The notes beneath the pieces were generated by a model, which saw only the letters and a program-made list of their open reading frames with translations, did no database searches and was not told the origin of the DNA. The position numbers were made by a program, and so were the translations under genes. Shown in pieces: positions 38,692-49,178 of a stretch of 64,000 nucleotides of DNA. The stretch covers positions 25,404,554-25,468,553 of the forward strand of contig JAHRHZ010000271.1 in NCBI GenBank assembly GCA_024137785.1. The letters run 5' to 3'. Numbering within the stretch: position 1 is the first letter of the stretch; every line of letters begins with the position of its first letter. The stretch comes from Ginglymostoma cirratum. Lineage: Eukaryota.

Positions 38692-39439
38692 GTGAGGGTG
38701 ATGGTGGTGGGGAAGCTGTTAGGGTGATGATGTGCCAATTAATTTTCATTCCAGAAGCTGCAGGATTCTTCAGGTTGAGTTAGAACAGTTCTTGTGTTCT
38801 AAATATTAACGTTGATGAGTTGTTATCATGAATTCACACTAATACATTCTAAATCACTCAGAACAACTGTTTGACTATTACATCCACAAACCTCCGATAT
38901 CCTAGATTGATGGGAGATGAATGAATCACCAGGAAAATTCAAGGTCATATTTTTATTGGTGGGATTAGATATTAAAGAAAGTTATGGCGTAAACCTCAAG
39001 TTTTAATTGTCCTCAAGTGCGAGCTTTACATTGCATTTTTTTTTATTTTATGCCTATTGCAAATGTGGTGAAAAAGTTTGATATAATTAGTGAAAGAATA
39101 TCATTTATAACCAGCTAAAGGGAAGTAACAAAATTAATGCATAGAATAGGTACAAATTTCAAACATGAATCTTAAATGTGAAGACGTGAAGCCTCTCCAG
39201 TGCCCTGCTACTGTTGATTGAAATAACATTGATCCAACAGTAATCAGATATTTTTAATAACTTGCACAAATTTAACCCCGAACTGGATTGCCAGTACGAC
39301 TGGATTTCTTCCAGCTGTGCTGACTCTGTCGACGTTTTGCAATTAGCAAAGAGAAAGGGAACATTTAAACTTTCAAGTCTGCATGGGTTTGAATCCAGTA
39401 TTACAGCTAAGAAGATCCTGTGCTAACAGATGCAACCGG

Positions 39440-40155
39440 GAACTCACGAAGAGACACAGATCGATTCAGTGAGTTGGTTAAACTGCAGTCAATGGCAGTC
39501 AATATGGTGAATTGTAGCTCATCCAATTTCATTTCAAGGAAGACAAATTAGTGTGTTTTCTAAATGGTAAGAAACCAGAAACTGCAGGGGCACAAAGGTA
39601 TTTGGGTGTTGATGTACACAAATCACTAAAAGCTAAATGCTGGATTTTTTTTAAAAAAAATCAATCGCAAAGGCTAATGGAACATTGGCCTTTATCCAAA
39701 GGGGGCTAGAATGAAAGGGGTGTACAGAGCATAAATTCTTTGTTGTGTTCCTTTCACTTTTAGAAAATTGATAGATAATTTTTTGGAACAATACAGCGCA
39801 GAATAGGCCCTTCGGCCCTCGATGTTGCACCGACCTGTGAACTAATCTAAGCCCACCCCCTACACTATCCCATCATCATCCATAATCTGATAGAGATGTT
39901 TAATATAATAAAAGTATTTGATTGGGGAAGCTATTTCCTCTTGTAGGGAACTTAAGACCAAGAGGACATAATCTTAAAATTGTTCCAGACTATTCAGGAG
40001 TGAATTTACAAAATGCTTACTCAAGCAGAATGTTCTACAAATTTGCAATCTTCCTCTCTCAAAAGTCAGTGGAGGCTGGGTCAGTTGATGTATGTTAGAT
40101 TGGGTTTTTGAAGGTTATGGAATAACGCCATGTAAATGGGATTAGGCATGATCAA
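39440..40155 (+). mobile_element. Degraded CR1 fragments with a nested minus-strand CR1 tail (~39785-39885)
   Basis: ttgggtgttgatgtacacaaatcactaaaagct..aaaggctaatggaacattggcctttat..; nested gaacaatacagcgcagaataggcccttcggccctcgatgttg. Confidence 0.6.
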
Positions 40156-40171
40156 ATTGTGTGATGAATTG

Positions 40172-40409
40172 AGAACAAAAACAAAATTGCTGGAGAAGCT
40201 GAGCTGGTCTAGCAGCATCTGTGGAGGAGAAAACAGAGTTAACGTTTCGGGTCCGGTGACCCTTCCCCAGAACAGTTTTGAGGAAGGGTCGCCAGACCTG
40301 AAACGTTAACTCTGTTTTCTCCTCCACAGATGCTGCCAGACCTGCTGAGCTTTTCCAGCAACTTTGTTTTTGTTCCTGATTTACAGCATCCGCAGTTCTT
40401 TTGGTTTTT
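40172..40409. mobile_element. Short palindromic PLE-derived insertion (second family)
   Basis: ~100-bp inverted arms around cagaacagtt, each with a (mutated CTGAGGA)-AGGGTC..GACC-GAAACGTT hammerhead-like motif. TSD ATTGTGTGATGAATTG at 40156-40171 and 40410-40425. Confidence 0.88.
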
Positions 40410-41470
40410 ATTGTGTGATGAATTGGCTTGGGTGACTTGTTTCTCCTGTACCATGTATTGTCAAGCAAATAAACACAGAAGCTTAATATTCAGGGATAGC
40501 ACAGACTATACATTGAAGGTAATGGAGCAAATGAGTTTTCAAAAATTAAACCACTTGCTTTCTCATTGAAACAATAGCTGTAGTCTTCCCTGTTCCACAA
40601 TAAATTTTGAAGGCAGGACTGGGAGGAAAGTCAGATATATTACCATCAGGTAGAGGTTGGTAATCAGGTAAAGGTTGGGTAAGACTGGCAGAGATTGCCA
40701 ATCTGCAAAATTACTGCTTAATTGTGGACTGATTGGGACGATGACCAGGATCTTCCCAGTTCTGGGCAGGGGCCCCTCTCCCAATGAGGGCCAAGTGGAG
40801 CACATGTCTGGAAAAGGTGTGCTGCCAACTGTTACCCTCCCCACCTCTCTACGGCCTCCTACAATATTTCCCCTCCTCCACCGGCACCTCAGCAATGGCG
40901 TTGTGTACCCCGCCCCCACAAACACGTACACGCACGCGTCCACACGAGTCTGTTCTGACATTTTGTGGCCATCATTTATTTTATTAAACTGAAAACCTTT
41001 CACTGGGCTCCTCAAGGTGGAAGCACCCTTGTGATTCCCTGCCTACAATGGCAGCACCCATTGCTCCTGGTGGGGCTCTATCCATCCATGATATCAAACA
41101 ACATAATTAATGTCGTCTTTTCATTACAACAGTTAATTCATTTGGATTCCAGGGAGTTTAATCTAACTTAATTATATTTAAGGTATTGGTCAATGCTGTA
41201 TTTGAATGACAATTTTATTATTCTGTTTTTATTTCTGCCACATTTCAAATAAAACCCTTTCACAGAGTCAGATTTATGCCGAAGTAACCTGACAATTCCT
41301 TTATTGTGGTCAATGAAAGTCAATTAAGAAATGTGCAGTTTTAACCTGTGTATTTATTGAGGGAGTAGAGGTAATATCGTTAATAGATAAATCTGATTTT
41401 TTTTCCCAAAAAGGCTAAAAAATATGTAGACAATGACGGATGGCTTGTAGATAGTGAGATTGATATTTAT

Positions 41471-41909
41471 TAAGTCATAGACTTGCGCACCGAGCCATTT
41501 GGTGAGACACCAAGAGACACAACCGATTCTCACTGGTCTCAATACAAATGGACAAAGAAGGGCACGAATTTGACTGGGACAACACATCCAAAATCATACG
41601 AGCCAAACAGAGACATGTCAGGGAATTCCTGGAGGCCTGGCATCCCAACCAGAACTCCATCAATGAATACATTGAACTGGAACCCGATATATAAACCACT
41701 GAAAAACAAAATCAGAAGTGATGCCAATCACTCCAGTAAACAGAGGCATATAAATAACAAGCAGGACAGAAGACCAATGCTTCATTGGAGATGTACCGAT
41801 GATGTTTCCTAGCAGGGTGATGAAACGCCTGCAACCGAACGCACCGGCTCAGTGAGCAAGTCTACAATCTCCTCCACAACCCGAGCTACAAATCTTCTCA
41901 AAACCTAAT
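41471..41909 (+). mobile_element. Penelope/Poseidon-type PLE 3' fragment (GIY-YIG C-terminus and 3' repeat) with short inverted 5' end
   Basis: Decayed frame ..DKEGHEFDWDNTS..AKQRHVREFLEAWHPNQNSINEYIELEP.. Hammerhead-like C(C)GATGA..GAAACG at 41796-41829. Left end tagacttgcgcaccgagcc is inverted relative to ggctcagtgagcaagtcta. TSD TTGATATTTAT at 41460-41470 and 41910-41920. Confidence 0.8.
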
Positions 41910-42077
41910 TTGATATTTATCTTCTGAGCTTGATTGTTGTACTGCTTTATGTTTAACCCCTGCACTGTCAAACTAGTGCCATCTGTAAGCTTGAACTAAT
42001 TGACTCAGCACTTTAAATCCATTCTTAGATTTACATCATTGTTATGTAGCTTGAATATGGGGTCGAATAGTGTCCCT

Positions 42078-42205
42078 CATCTAAAGAAAGGTCATTAACA
42101 TGAACCTTAACTTACTTTCTTTCTCTGTAGATAGTCTGGTCTGAGGATTTCCATCAATTTTTGTTTACGTTTAAGATTTTTAGCATTTACATTGTTGCTT
42201 TTGTG
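42078..42205 (+). mobile_element. Highly decayed PLE 3' end
   Basis: ctaaagaaaggtcattaacatgaaccttaac..ttctctgtagat..ctgaggatttccatcaatttttgttt resembles the second-family tail. Confidence 0.45.
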
Positions 42206-44505
42206 TTGTAGCATTTGAGACAACATACAAGGCAAATACAGTATGTTTAAAAGTTGGAAATAATATTCAAATGTGTGAATCAGAATTTAACGTTGGACTT
42301 TGAGCATTGTGTGAGGTTAAATTTACTTTAATTTCTAAATTTAAATAGGTGTCTCTGTCTTTATTATATTTGATCACAACCCATTTATTTTAGAGCCCAA
42401 GGTACAAAAGTCTCTCCATTGCATGTTTGTAAAGTAAACCAAACAAAATGAATTAGACTAATTTCAATCCAGTCTCCTGACTGTATTATTAAAGAGAAAT
42501 TGAAAAAATGTATTCCAAGTTGACCATTTGATGGCTGGTTTCTCTTTCTGTGAATTTGAGATAAAGTAAGTTGCCTTGAAGAAATTCCAGTGGGAGTCCT
42601 GAAATGCATCCGTCTCCTTGCTTCAAAGAGCCAAAATATTATATTCCTCCACAACTAACCCTCACAGCTCAGTTTAAAAATGAAGCTTTTATCTTTTGAA
42701 GTAAGGTCTATATTTTCACCATTTTGCATGGGAGGACTTATCTTCCAGTGACTTCTTACAACCAACAGGGCTGCTTGATCTTGGAACTGCAGTTCCTTTG
42801 TTCCAAGTTCAAAACATCCTCAATGGCTATAGGGAATTGATCTTACGAACTGAGTCTTTAAAAAGCAGGTGGAAGGCACTGCACATGGCACTGGTGGTGA
42901 AACTGGCCAATGTTAGTGAGGTGTTTTAATTTATTTCTGTTACTCCACTAAGAGGACGGAAGCATGCTCTCTTGTCACTATGCTAGTGCTCAAGCTTCCT
43001 CAGAGGCAGTGTCAGCAGTTACACTCATGACTACCGAATTTTGAAGAAATTTCTCGCACTGTTGTGAAATAAGATCCTTGCTGTGTTTAGATAAGTTATC
43101 ATTTATTGTGTTAATTTGCTTTCAGATATTGGATTTTGTGGCTGTCAGCATTTTTACTGCGACAGCTACATTTCAGTGACAAAAAGACTGAGAATAGTCT
43201 CTTGAGAATTAAACAGGAACGTGTCATATGGCTGTAACCAAATCACATTATCTTGACGATATCAAAAATCATTGGAACTGATCGTATTGTTACTGAAACG
43301 TTGTGATTCGGTTATACACTTTAACTAGTTCCAGCGCAAAAAATGTGCTGTGTTCTTGGTTAAGATTGAAGAGTTTGCTGTCTTCAGTTTTCCAGTGTTA
43401 CTGCAGAACCCAGTGATATTTAAAGAATATTATTTTTTGACATTACAGGTAAATGTTTAGGTTGTAGAAATTCTAGGTATGGGATATACTGGAATGCAAT
43501 TCTAAAGCTGAATTAAAAAAAAGTCTACAAATTTATTATTCTATTTCTACTTCAAGCAATAGAAAATTGCAGACAGGTAACTTGCAGGTGATAATGGTTG
43601 ATAAATTTGCAAAGATTTAAATGACCCTTAAAGATATTCAGGAATTTGATGTTTTTATTGCTTGGTAATTGCAGAAGCAGCTTGAATGTGGAAGACATAA
43701 AGCGAGGGAAATTTAATTTGTTTGCAAAATGCAACATACCTTGGCCAGTGCTGATTCAGAACAAGAAGTGCCATGTGTCCTATGTGCAGCTATTGACTAA
43801 CGCAATATATTAAGGAAAGATTCAGTCTGTACACAGGCACAGAACAGTATGTTAGTCAATAAACTCCTAATATAGAACCGATCTGTATTCCATTAGAAAT
43901 AATGTGGTTTGATTTCTGGCTGAGCGCCGCAGGCTGGAAGAGTTTAATGAGATCCACACTAATTACAGCTTTCTATTTTCAATCTCCTCTGATGAACAGA
44001 GTTGAACAGAATAGAATTACATGAAAATAGTCCTGACAGGCTAATAATAATCTGAATAGCTAATTACTGAAGAATCCGGAGTACCTCAGACGGGTGGCAG
44101 TAGCACAAGATACAGTCTTTACTATAATATGTATCTGACCGTAATGCCATTTGGGTCGCCCGAGGCTTCCAGGATACCACAGCAGTTTTCCTGGAGTGTG
44201 TTCAATGCATTCCATACTTATTAATGTTCTTTCTCATATTCTACATTGGAAAACCCCTGCATCACAGTAATAGTCTTGGAACATAATAGACTATCACTGT
44301 GATAGTGCATTACATTAATGATTCCCTTTGCAGTGCTTATGACTGGGGTCTGCTTTCATTGAATGTAATAATTGCAGTTCTTATCGATCAGTATGCACTA
44401 CTCATCTCATGCAGTTGCAATTGCAGTATGTAAGCAAATGTCCAATTTATAAGAGATAACAAGGTGTGGAGCTGGATGAACACAGCAGGCCGAGCAGGAA
44501 ACCTT

Positions 44506-44533
44506 GACGTTTCGGGCCTAGACCCTTCTTCAG
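44506..44533 (-). ncRNA. Minimal type I hammerhead ribozyme motif in PLE terminal repeat (left arm)
   Basis: Reverse complement reads CTGAAGA-A-GGGTCTAGGCCC-GAAA-CGTC. Confidence 0.7.
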
Positions 44534-44869
44534 AAATGGGGGAGGGGAAGAGGGTTCTGAAATAAATAGGGAGAGAGGGGGAGGCGGATAGAGGAGAGGA
44601 TAGGTGGAGAGCAGGCAGACAAGTCAGAGGCAGGGATGGAGCCAGTAAAGGTGAGTGTAGGTGGGGGGATAGGGAGGAGATAGGTCAGTCCAGGGAGTAC
44701 GGACAGGTCAGGGGGGTGGGATGATGTCAGTAGATAGGAGATGGGGGTGGGGCTTGAGGTGGGAGGAGGGGACAGGTGAGAGGAAGAACAGATTAGGGAG
44801 GCGGGGATGAGCTGGACTGGTTTTGGGATACGGTTGGGGGAGGGGAGATTTTGAAGCTTGTGAAATCCA

Positions 44870-46065
44870 CATTGATACCATCGGGCTGCAGGATTCCCAG
44901 GCTGAATATGATTTGCTGTTCCTGCAGCCTTCGGGTGGCATCATTGTGGCATTGCAGGAGGCCCAGGATAGACATGTCATCTGAGGAATGGGAGGGGGAG
45001 TTGAAATGGTTCGTGACTGGGAGGTGCAGTTGTTTGTTGCGAACTGAGCGCAGGTGTTCTGCAAAGCAGTCCCCAAGCGTCCGCTTGGTTTCCCTGATGT
45101 AGAGGCGGCCATAACGGGTACAGCGGATGCAGTATACCACATTGGCAGATGTGCAGGTGAACATCTGCTTGATGTGGAAAGTTTTCTTGGGGCCTGGGAT
45201 TGGGGTGAGGGAGGAGGTGTGGGGGCAGGTGTAGCACTTCCTGCGGTTGCAGGGAAAAGTGCTGGGTGTGGTGGGGCTGGAGGGACAAGGGAGTCACGGA
45301 GGGAGTGGTCCCTCCAGAAAGCAGACAAGGGTGGGGAGGGAAAAATGTCTTTGGTGGTGGGGTCGGACTGCAGATGGCGGAAGTGTCGGAGGATGATGCG
45401 TTGTATACGGAGGTTGGTGGGGTGGTATGTGAGGATGAGGGGGATTCTTTTTTGGTTATTATTGCGGGGATGGGGTGTGAGGGATGAGTTGCGGGAAATG
45501 CGGGAGACACGGTTGAGGGCGTTCTCGACCACTGTGGGGGTGAAGTTGCGGTCCTTGAAGAATGAGGATATCTGAGATGTGCGGGAGTGGAATACCTCAT
45601 CCTGGGAGCAGATGTGGCGGATGCGAAGGAATTGGGAATAGGGGATGGCATTTTTGCAGGAAGTTGGTGGGAGGAGGTGTATTCCAGGTAGCTGTGGGAG
45701 TCAGTGGGCTTGAAATGGACATCGGTTTCTAGGTTACCTGAGATGGAGACAGAGAGGTCCAGGAAGGAGAGAGAAGTGTTGGAGATGGTCCAGGTGAACT
45801 TCAGGTTGGGGTGGAAGGTCTTGGTGAAGTGGATGAACTGTTCGAGCTCCTCGTGGGAGCACGAGGCGGCGCCCATACAGTCATCAATGTAACAGAGGAA
45901 GAGGTGGGGTTTAGAGCCAGTGTAGGTACGGAAGAGGGATTGTTCCACGTAACCTACAAAGAGGCAGGCATAGCTTGGGCCCCTGTGGGTACCCATGGCC
46001 ACCCCCTTTGTCTGTAGGAAGTGGGAGAAATTGAAAGAGAAGTTGTTGAGGGTGAGGACGAGTTC
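44870..46065 (-). pseudogene. PLE reverse transcriptase (C-terminal half) plus GIY-YIG endonuclease, frameshifted
   Basis: ELVLTLNNFSFN..QTKGVAMGT..GPSYACLFVG..YIDD..FHPNLKFT..FLD..KPTDSHSYL (RT and thumb), then VVYCIRCTRYGRLYIRETKR..EH (GIY-YIG). Spread over three reading frames. Confidence 0.9.
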
Positions 46066-46640
46066 CACCCCACCAACCTCCGGATCCAACGCATCATCCT
46101 CCGACACTTCCGCCATCTGCAATCCGACCCCACCACCAAAGACATTTTTCCCTCCCCACCCTTGTCTGCTTTCCGGAGGGACCACTCCCTCCGTGACTCC
46201 CTTGTCCCTCCAGCCCCACCACACCCGGCACTTTTCCCTGCGACCGCAGGAAGTGCTACACCTGCCCCCTCACCCCAATCCCAGGCCCCAAGAAGACTTT
46301 CCACATCAAGCAGATGCTCACCTGCACATCTGCCAATGTGGTATACTGCATCCGCTGTACCCGTTGTGGCCTCCTCTACATTGGGGAAACCAAGCGGAGG
46401 CTTGGGGACCGCTTTGCAGAACACCTGCGCTCAGTTCGCAACAAACAACTGCACCTCCCAGTCGCAAACCATTTCAACTCCCCCTCCCATTCCTCAGACG
46501 ACATGTCCATCCTTGGCCTCCTGCAATGCCACAATGATGCCACCCGAAGGCTACAGGAACAGCAAATCATATTCAGCCTGGGAACCCAGCAGCCCAATGG
46601 TATCAATGTGGATTTCACAAGCTTCAAAATCTCCCCTCCC
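46066..46640 (+). pseudogene. PLE linker plus GIY-YIG endonuclease (second, inverted copy)
   Basis: HPTNLRIQRIILRHFRHLQSDPTTKDIFPSPPLSAFRRDHSLRDSLV, a frameshift, then TCTSANVVYCIRCTRCGLLYIGETKRRLGDRFAEH...LGTQQPNGINVDF. The CxxC between the GIY-like and YIG motifs is typical of Neptune-type PLEs. Confidence 0.9.
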
Positions 46641-46944
46641 CCAACCGCATCCCAAAACCAGCCCAGCTCGTCCCCGCCTCCCTGTCGTGTTCTTCCTCTC
46701 ACCTATCCCCTCCTCCCACCCCCATCTCCTATCTACTAACCTCATCCCGCCCCCTTGACCTGTCCGTCCTCCCTGGACTGACCTATCTCCTCCCTACCCC
46801 CCACCTACAATCACCTTTACTGGCTCCATCCCCGCCTCTTTGACTTGTCTGCCTGCTCTCCACCTATCCTCTCCTCTATCCATCTTCTATCTGCCTCCAT
46901 TTCTCTCCCTCTTTATTTCGGAACCCTCTTCCCCTCCCCCATTT

Positions 46945-46972
46945 CTGAAGAAGGGTCTCGGCCCGAAACGTC
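46945..46972 (+). ncRNA. Minimal type I hammerhead ribozyme motif in PLE terminal repeat
   Basis: CTGAAGA-A-GGGTCTCGGCCC-GAAA-CGTC: CUGANGA and GAAA core boxes, GC-rich stem II, palindromic ACGT stem III, GUC cleavage triplet. Stem I is weak. Confidence 0.7.
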
Positions 46973-47794
46973 AAGGTTTCCTGCTCCTATGATGCTGCTT
47001 GGCCTGCTGTGTTCATCCAGCTCCACACCTTGTTATCTCGGATTCTCCAGCATCTGCAGTCCAATTTATAAGCTGTGGGAATTCTTTTTTGATGTGCAAT
47101 AAGAGTGGGAGAATGCCAATATTTTATTCTGGAGTCTTGATACCAACTTCTGAAAGTTTTGCGCAATTAACATGAAATTGACCTCAGCAATTTACAAGTT
47201 AATTTTTTTGAAATTCCTCAAAACAACTTGATGGAAGAATTAAAGAGACAGGCTGATGTAGCAATGAAATATCATGTGCATTCTGTATTCACCAAACATA
47301 CTGATCAATGTTAGGGAGATTGAATTGTACAGGATAAAAAATGTAAATGAGAATATAAGATTGTGCATTATTTTGCATGTGTATATAATATATATGGGAG
47401 GGGAAATTTACTTTTAAGATTAGCATTTATGTGCAGTGAACTGTGTCAGAATGTTGCCAGAATTTTTTTTTTATTTATATAAGATTCACAATGCAATCTG
47501 TGTGTTTGAGATTTGCTTTGTGAAAGTGCCATTTTACTGCAACATATCTAGATCACAGCAAGTGAAGAGGATGCTAAGTAGCATTCATACTTCTGCTATA
47601 CTCGTTAATTCAATGCTATTACAATGACACGGCTGTTCCTTAAAGCTTTTCTCTGTCCAGTTGATGCAGTTAGGAGCTTTCATCTCAATAAGGAGGCTTC
47701 TACATGTTTATATAAAGTCAGTTATGCACGTGAGCTTAAGGGTAAATGGGTGATTGATATTGAATGATAAATTATCTTGAGACCATATTGGGGG

Positions 47795-47972
47795 TCTTTT
47801 GGTGCTGTGAAAGTGTCCCTACATATGCTTAGGAGACCTGATTTCAAGTCCCACATGCTCCAGAGGTGTATAATAACAGGTTGATTAGAAAATATCTCTT
47901 TGAGAACATTTCGGGTCTTGAGGTACAGTGGTAGTATCCTTCCCTCTGACTCATGGGGCCTGGGTTCAAGTG
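47795..47972 (+). mobile_element. Two tandem tRNA-derived SINE heads
   Basis: ggtgctgtgaaagtgtccctac..ctgatttcaagtccc and ggtacagtggtagtatccttccctctg..ctgggttcaagt (A-box/B-box-like). Confidence 0.5.
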
Positions 47973-49010
47973 TGTTATATAAAAAGAAATGAAAATGGGA
48001 CTGGGGATAAGAGTGAGGAAGCTGGAATCTTTAAAACTACATCTGGAGAATAAAACTACTTTCCGGGGGTGGGAGAGCGCAGGAGAGTTTTCAGCTGGGT
48101 TTGGATCCATTTAATAGTCTGTGACAAATTTCACCACACCAGCTGTGAGACTACCAGTGACACTCCTAAAACAATCAAAATATTCTAAATAAAACAAACC
48201 ATACCAATCTTAAAACTCGACTCAACCTACCTCCCAATGTTGACAGGTCCTTTAAACCTTTCAGAATCCAGATTTAGTTCCACATTTTCATTGAAAATGA
48301 ATTGCTTATTTCTTAGACCATAACTTGTATACAAATTTTGTTTAAATCTGTCTATTTAGTTGTTGAAAGGTATTGTTTACGGACAAACGGAGGCAAAAAT
48401 ATTACCTTCGTGCACCTTCAGTGTAGGGGCTCATGAGCTATTCAGGAGGATCTTCCAGTATTTGAATTTGCAAGAATGATCAAATCATGCAAACTGATTT
48501 AGACTTGGGTATTCCAGATTCCAGATTAGATGAAATAATACTGGAAAAAAATTACTTTTTAATAAATTGTTACTCTAATTATGCAAATGTCTTAGTTGCA
48601 GATCACTTAATATGCACCAACATAGGAAGTTAGCATTAATTATAAAAGGTCAAGAAAAATGCATTGCACTGTTGAATGGGCATAATTTTTTATCAGTATG
48701 TTAATGCTAAGAACAGTCAGAGTCCTAAAATAATGTCAAGCATTTGACTTTCAGCATTTAAAAGTACAAAAATGTTAGTAATAGCATCTGTTAGAATATG
48801 CAGGTTATCAACAGTAGGTGAAAATCTATATAATCATCCTGTAGTTACTTGGCATGGTTGCATTCTTAGATCTGAGCAACAAATCCTGTACTCTTTGATA
48901 TTGAAAAGAAGCATGTCCACATTTCTTTCAAAACTGCAACATTGGGTAGTGCTAGAGACAGATTACGTTATATTTTTGAATTAACAATTTTCCCACTATT
49001 TTCTTTAAAG

Positions 49011-49178
49011 GAGGTCTCTGTCTGAAGTTGTTTGCGTCTCTGCTCCATCTCTTCATGGTACTGGGCCTGTGCGAGTTTCAGTGAGTGTTGATCGTGCTCA
49101 GATGGAGGATAGCTTGTACTTTGAATTTATTGATGATCCCACTGTCCTGCGGATTGAACCGGAATGGAGTATTGCCAG
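49011..49178 (+). CDS. PLXNA2: Plexin-A2 internal coding exon (IPT/TIG), phase 2-2
   Basis: tttaaag|G AGG...GCC AG|gtacca. 168 nt: [55 protein letters not shown](S). Confidence 0.94.

Larger units (their letters stand above)
44454..47058. mobile_element. Penelope-like retroelement (Neptune-type), 5'-truncated, with two inverted arms: minus-strand arm 44454-~46065 and plus-strand arm ~46066-47058
   Basis: Minus arm encodes PLE RT and GIY-YIG; plus arm repeats the linker, GIY-YIG and 3' UTR in the opposite orientation. 14-bp direct repeat GTCCAATTTATAAG at 44440-44453 and 47059-47072. Confidence 0.92.

Noticed and set aside
40563-41015. 150-aa minus-strand ORF and overlapping 105-aa plus-strand ORF
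   Set aside because: No recognisable domain or splice context. Lies in a GC-richer patch that looks like an old repeat remnant.
44977-46224. 415-aa minus-strand ORF as an intact novel protein
   Set aside because: It is a chimera: the antisense of the right arm, then true RT sequence from ~46065, then an off-frame tail after a frameshift near 45660.
44708-46758. Many overlapping 100-270-aa ORFs on both strands
   Set aside because: These are alternative frames and mirror images of the GC-rich PLE inverted repeat. Only the RT, linker and GIY-YIG segments are meaningful.
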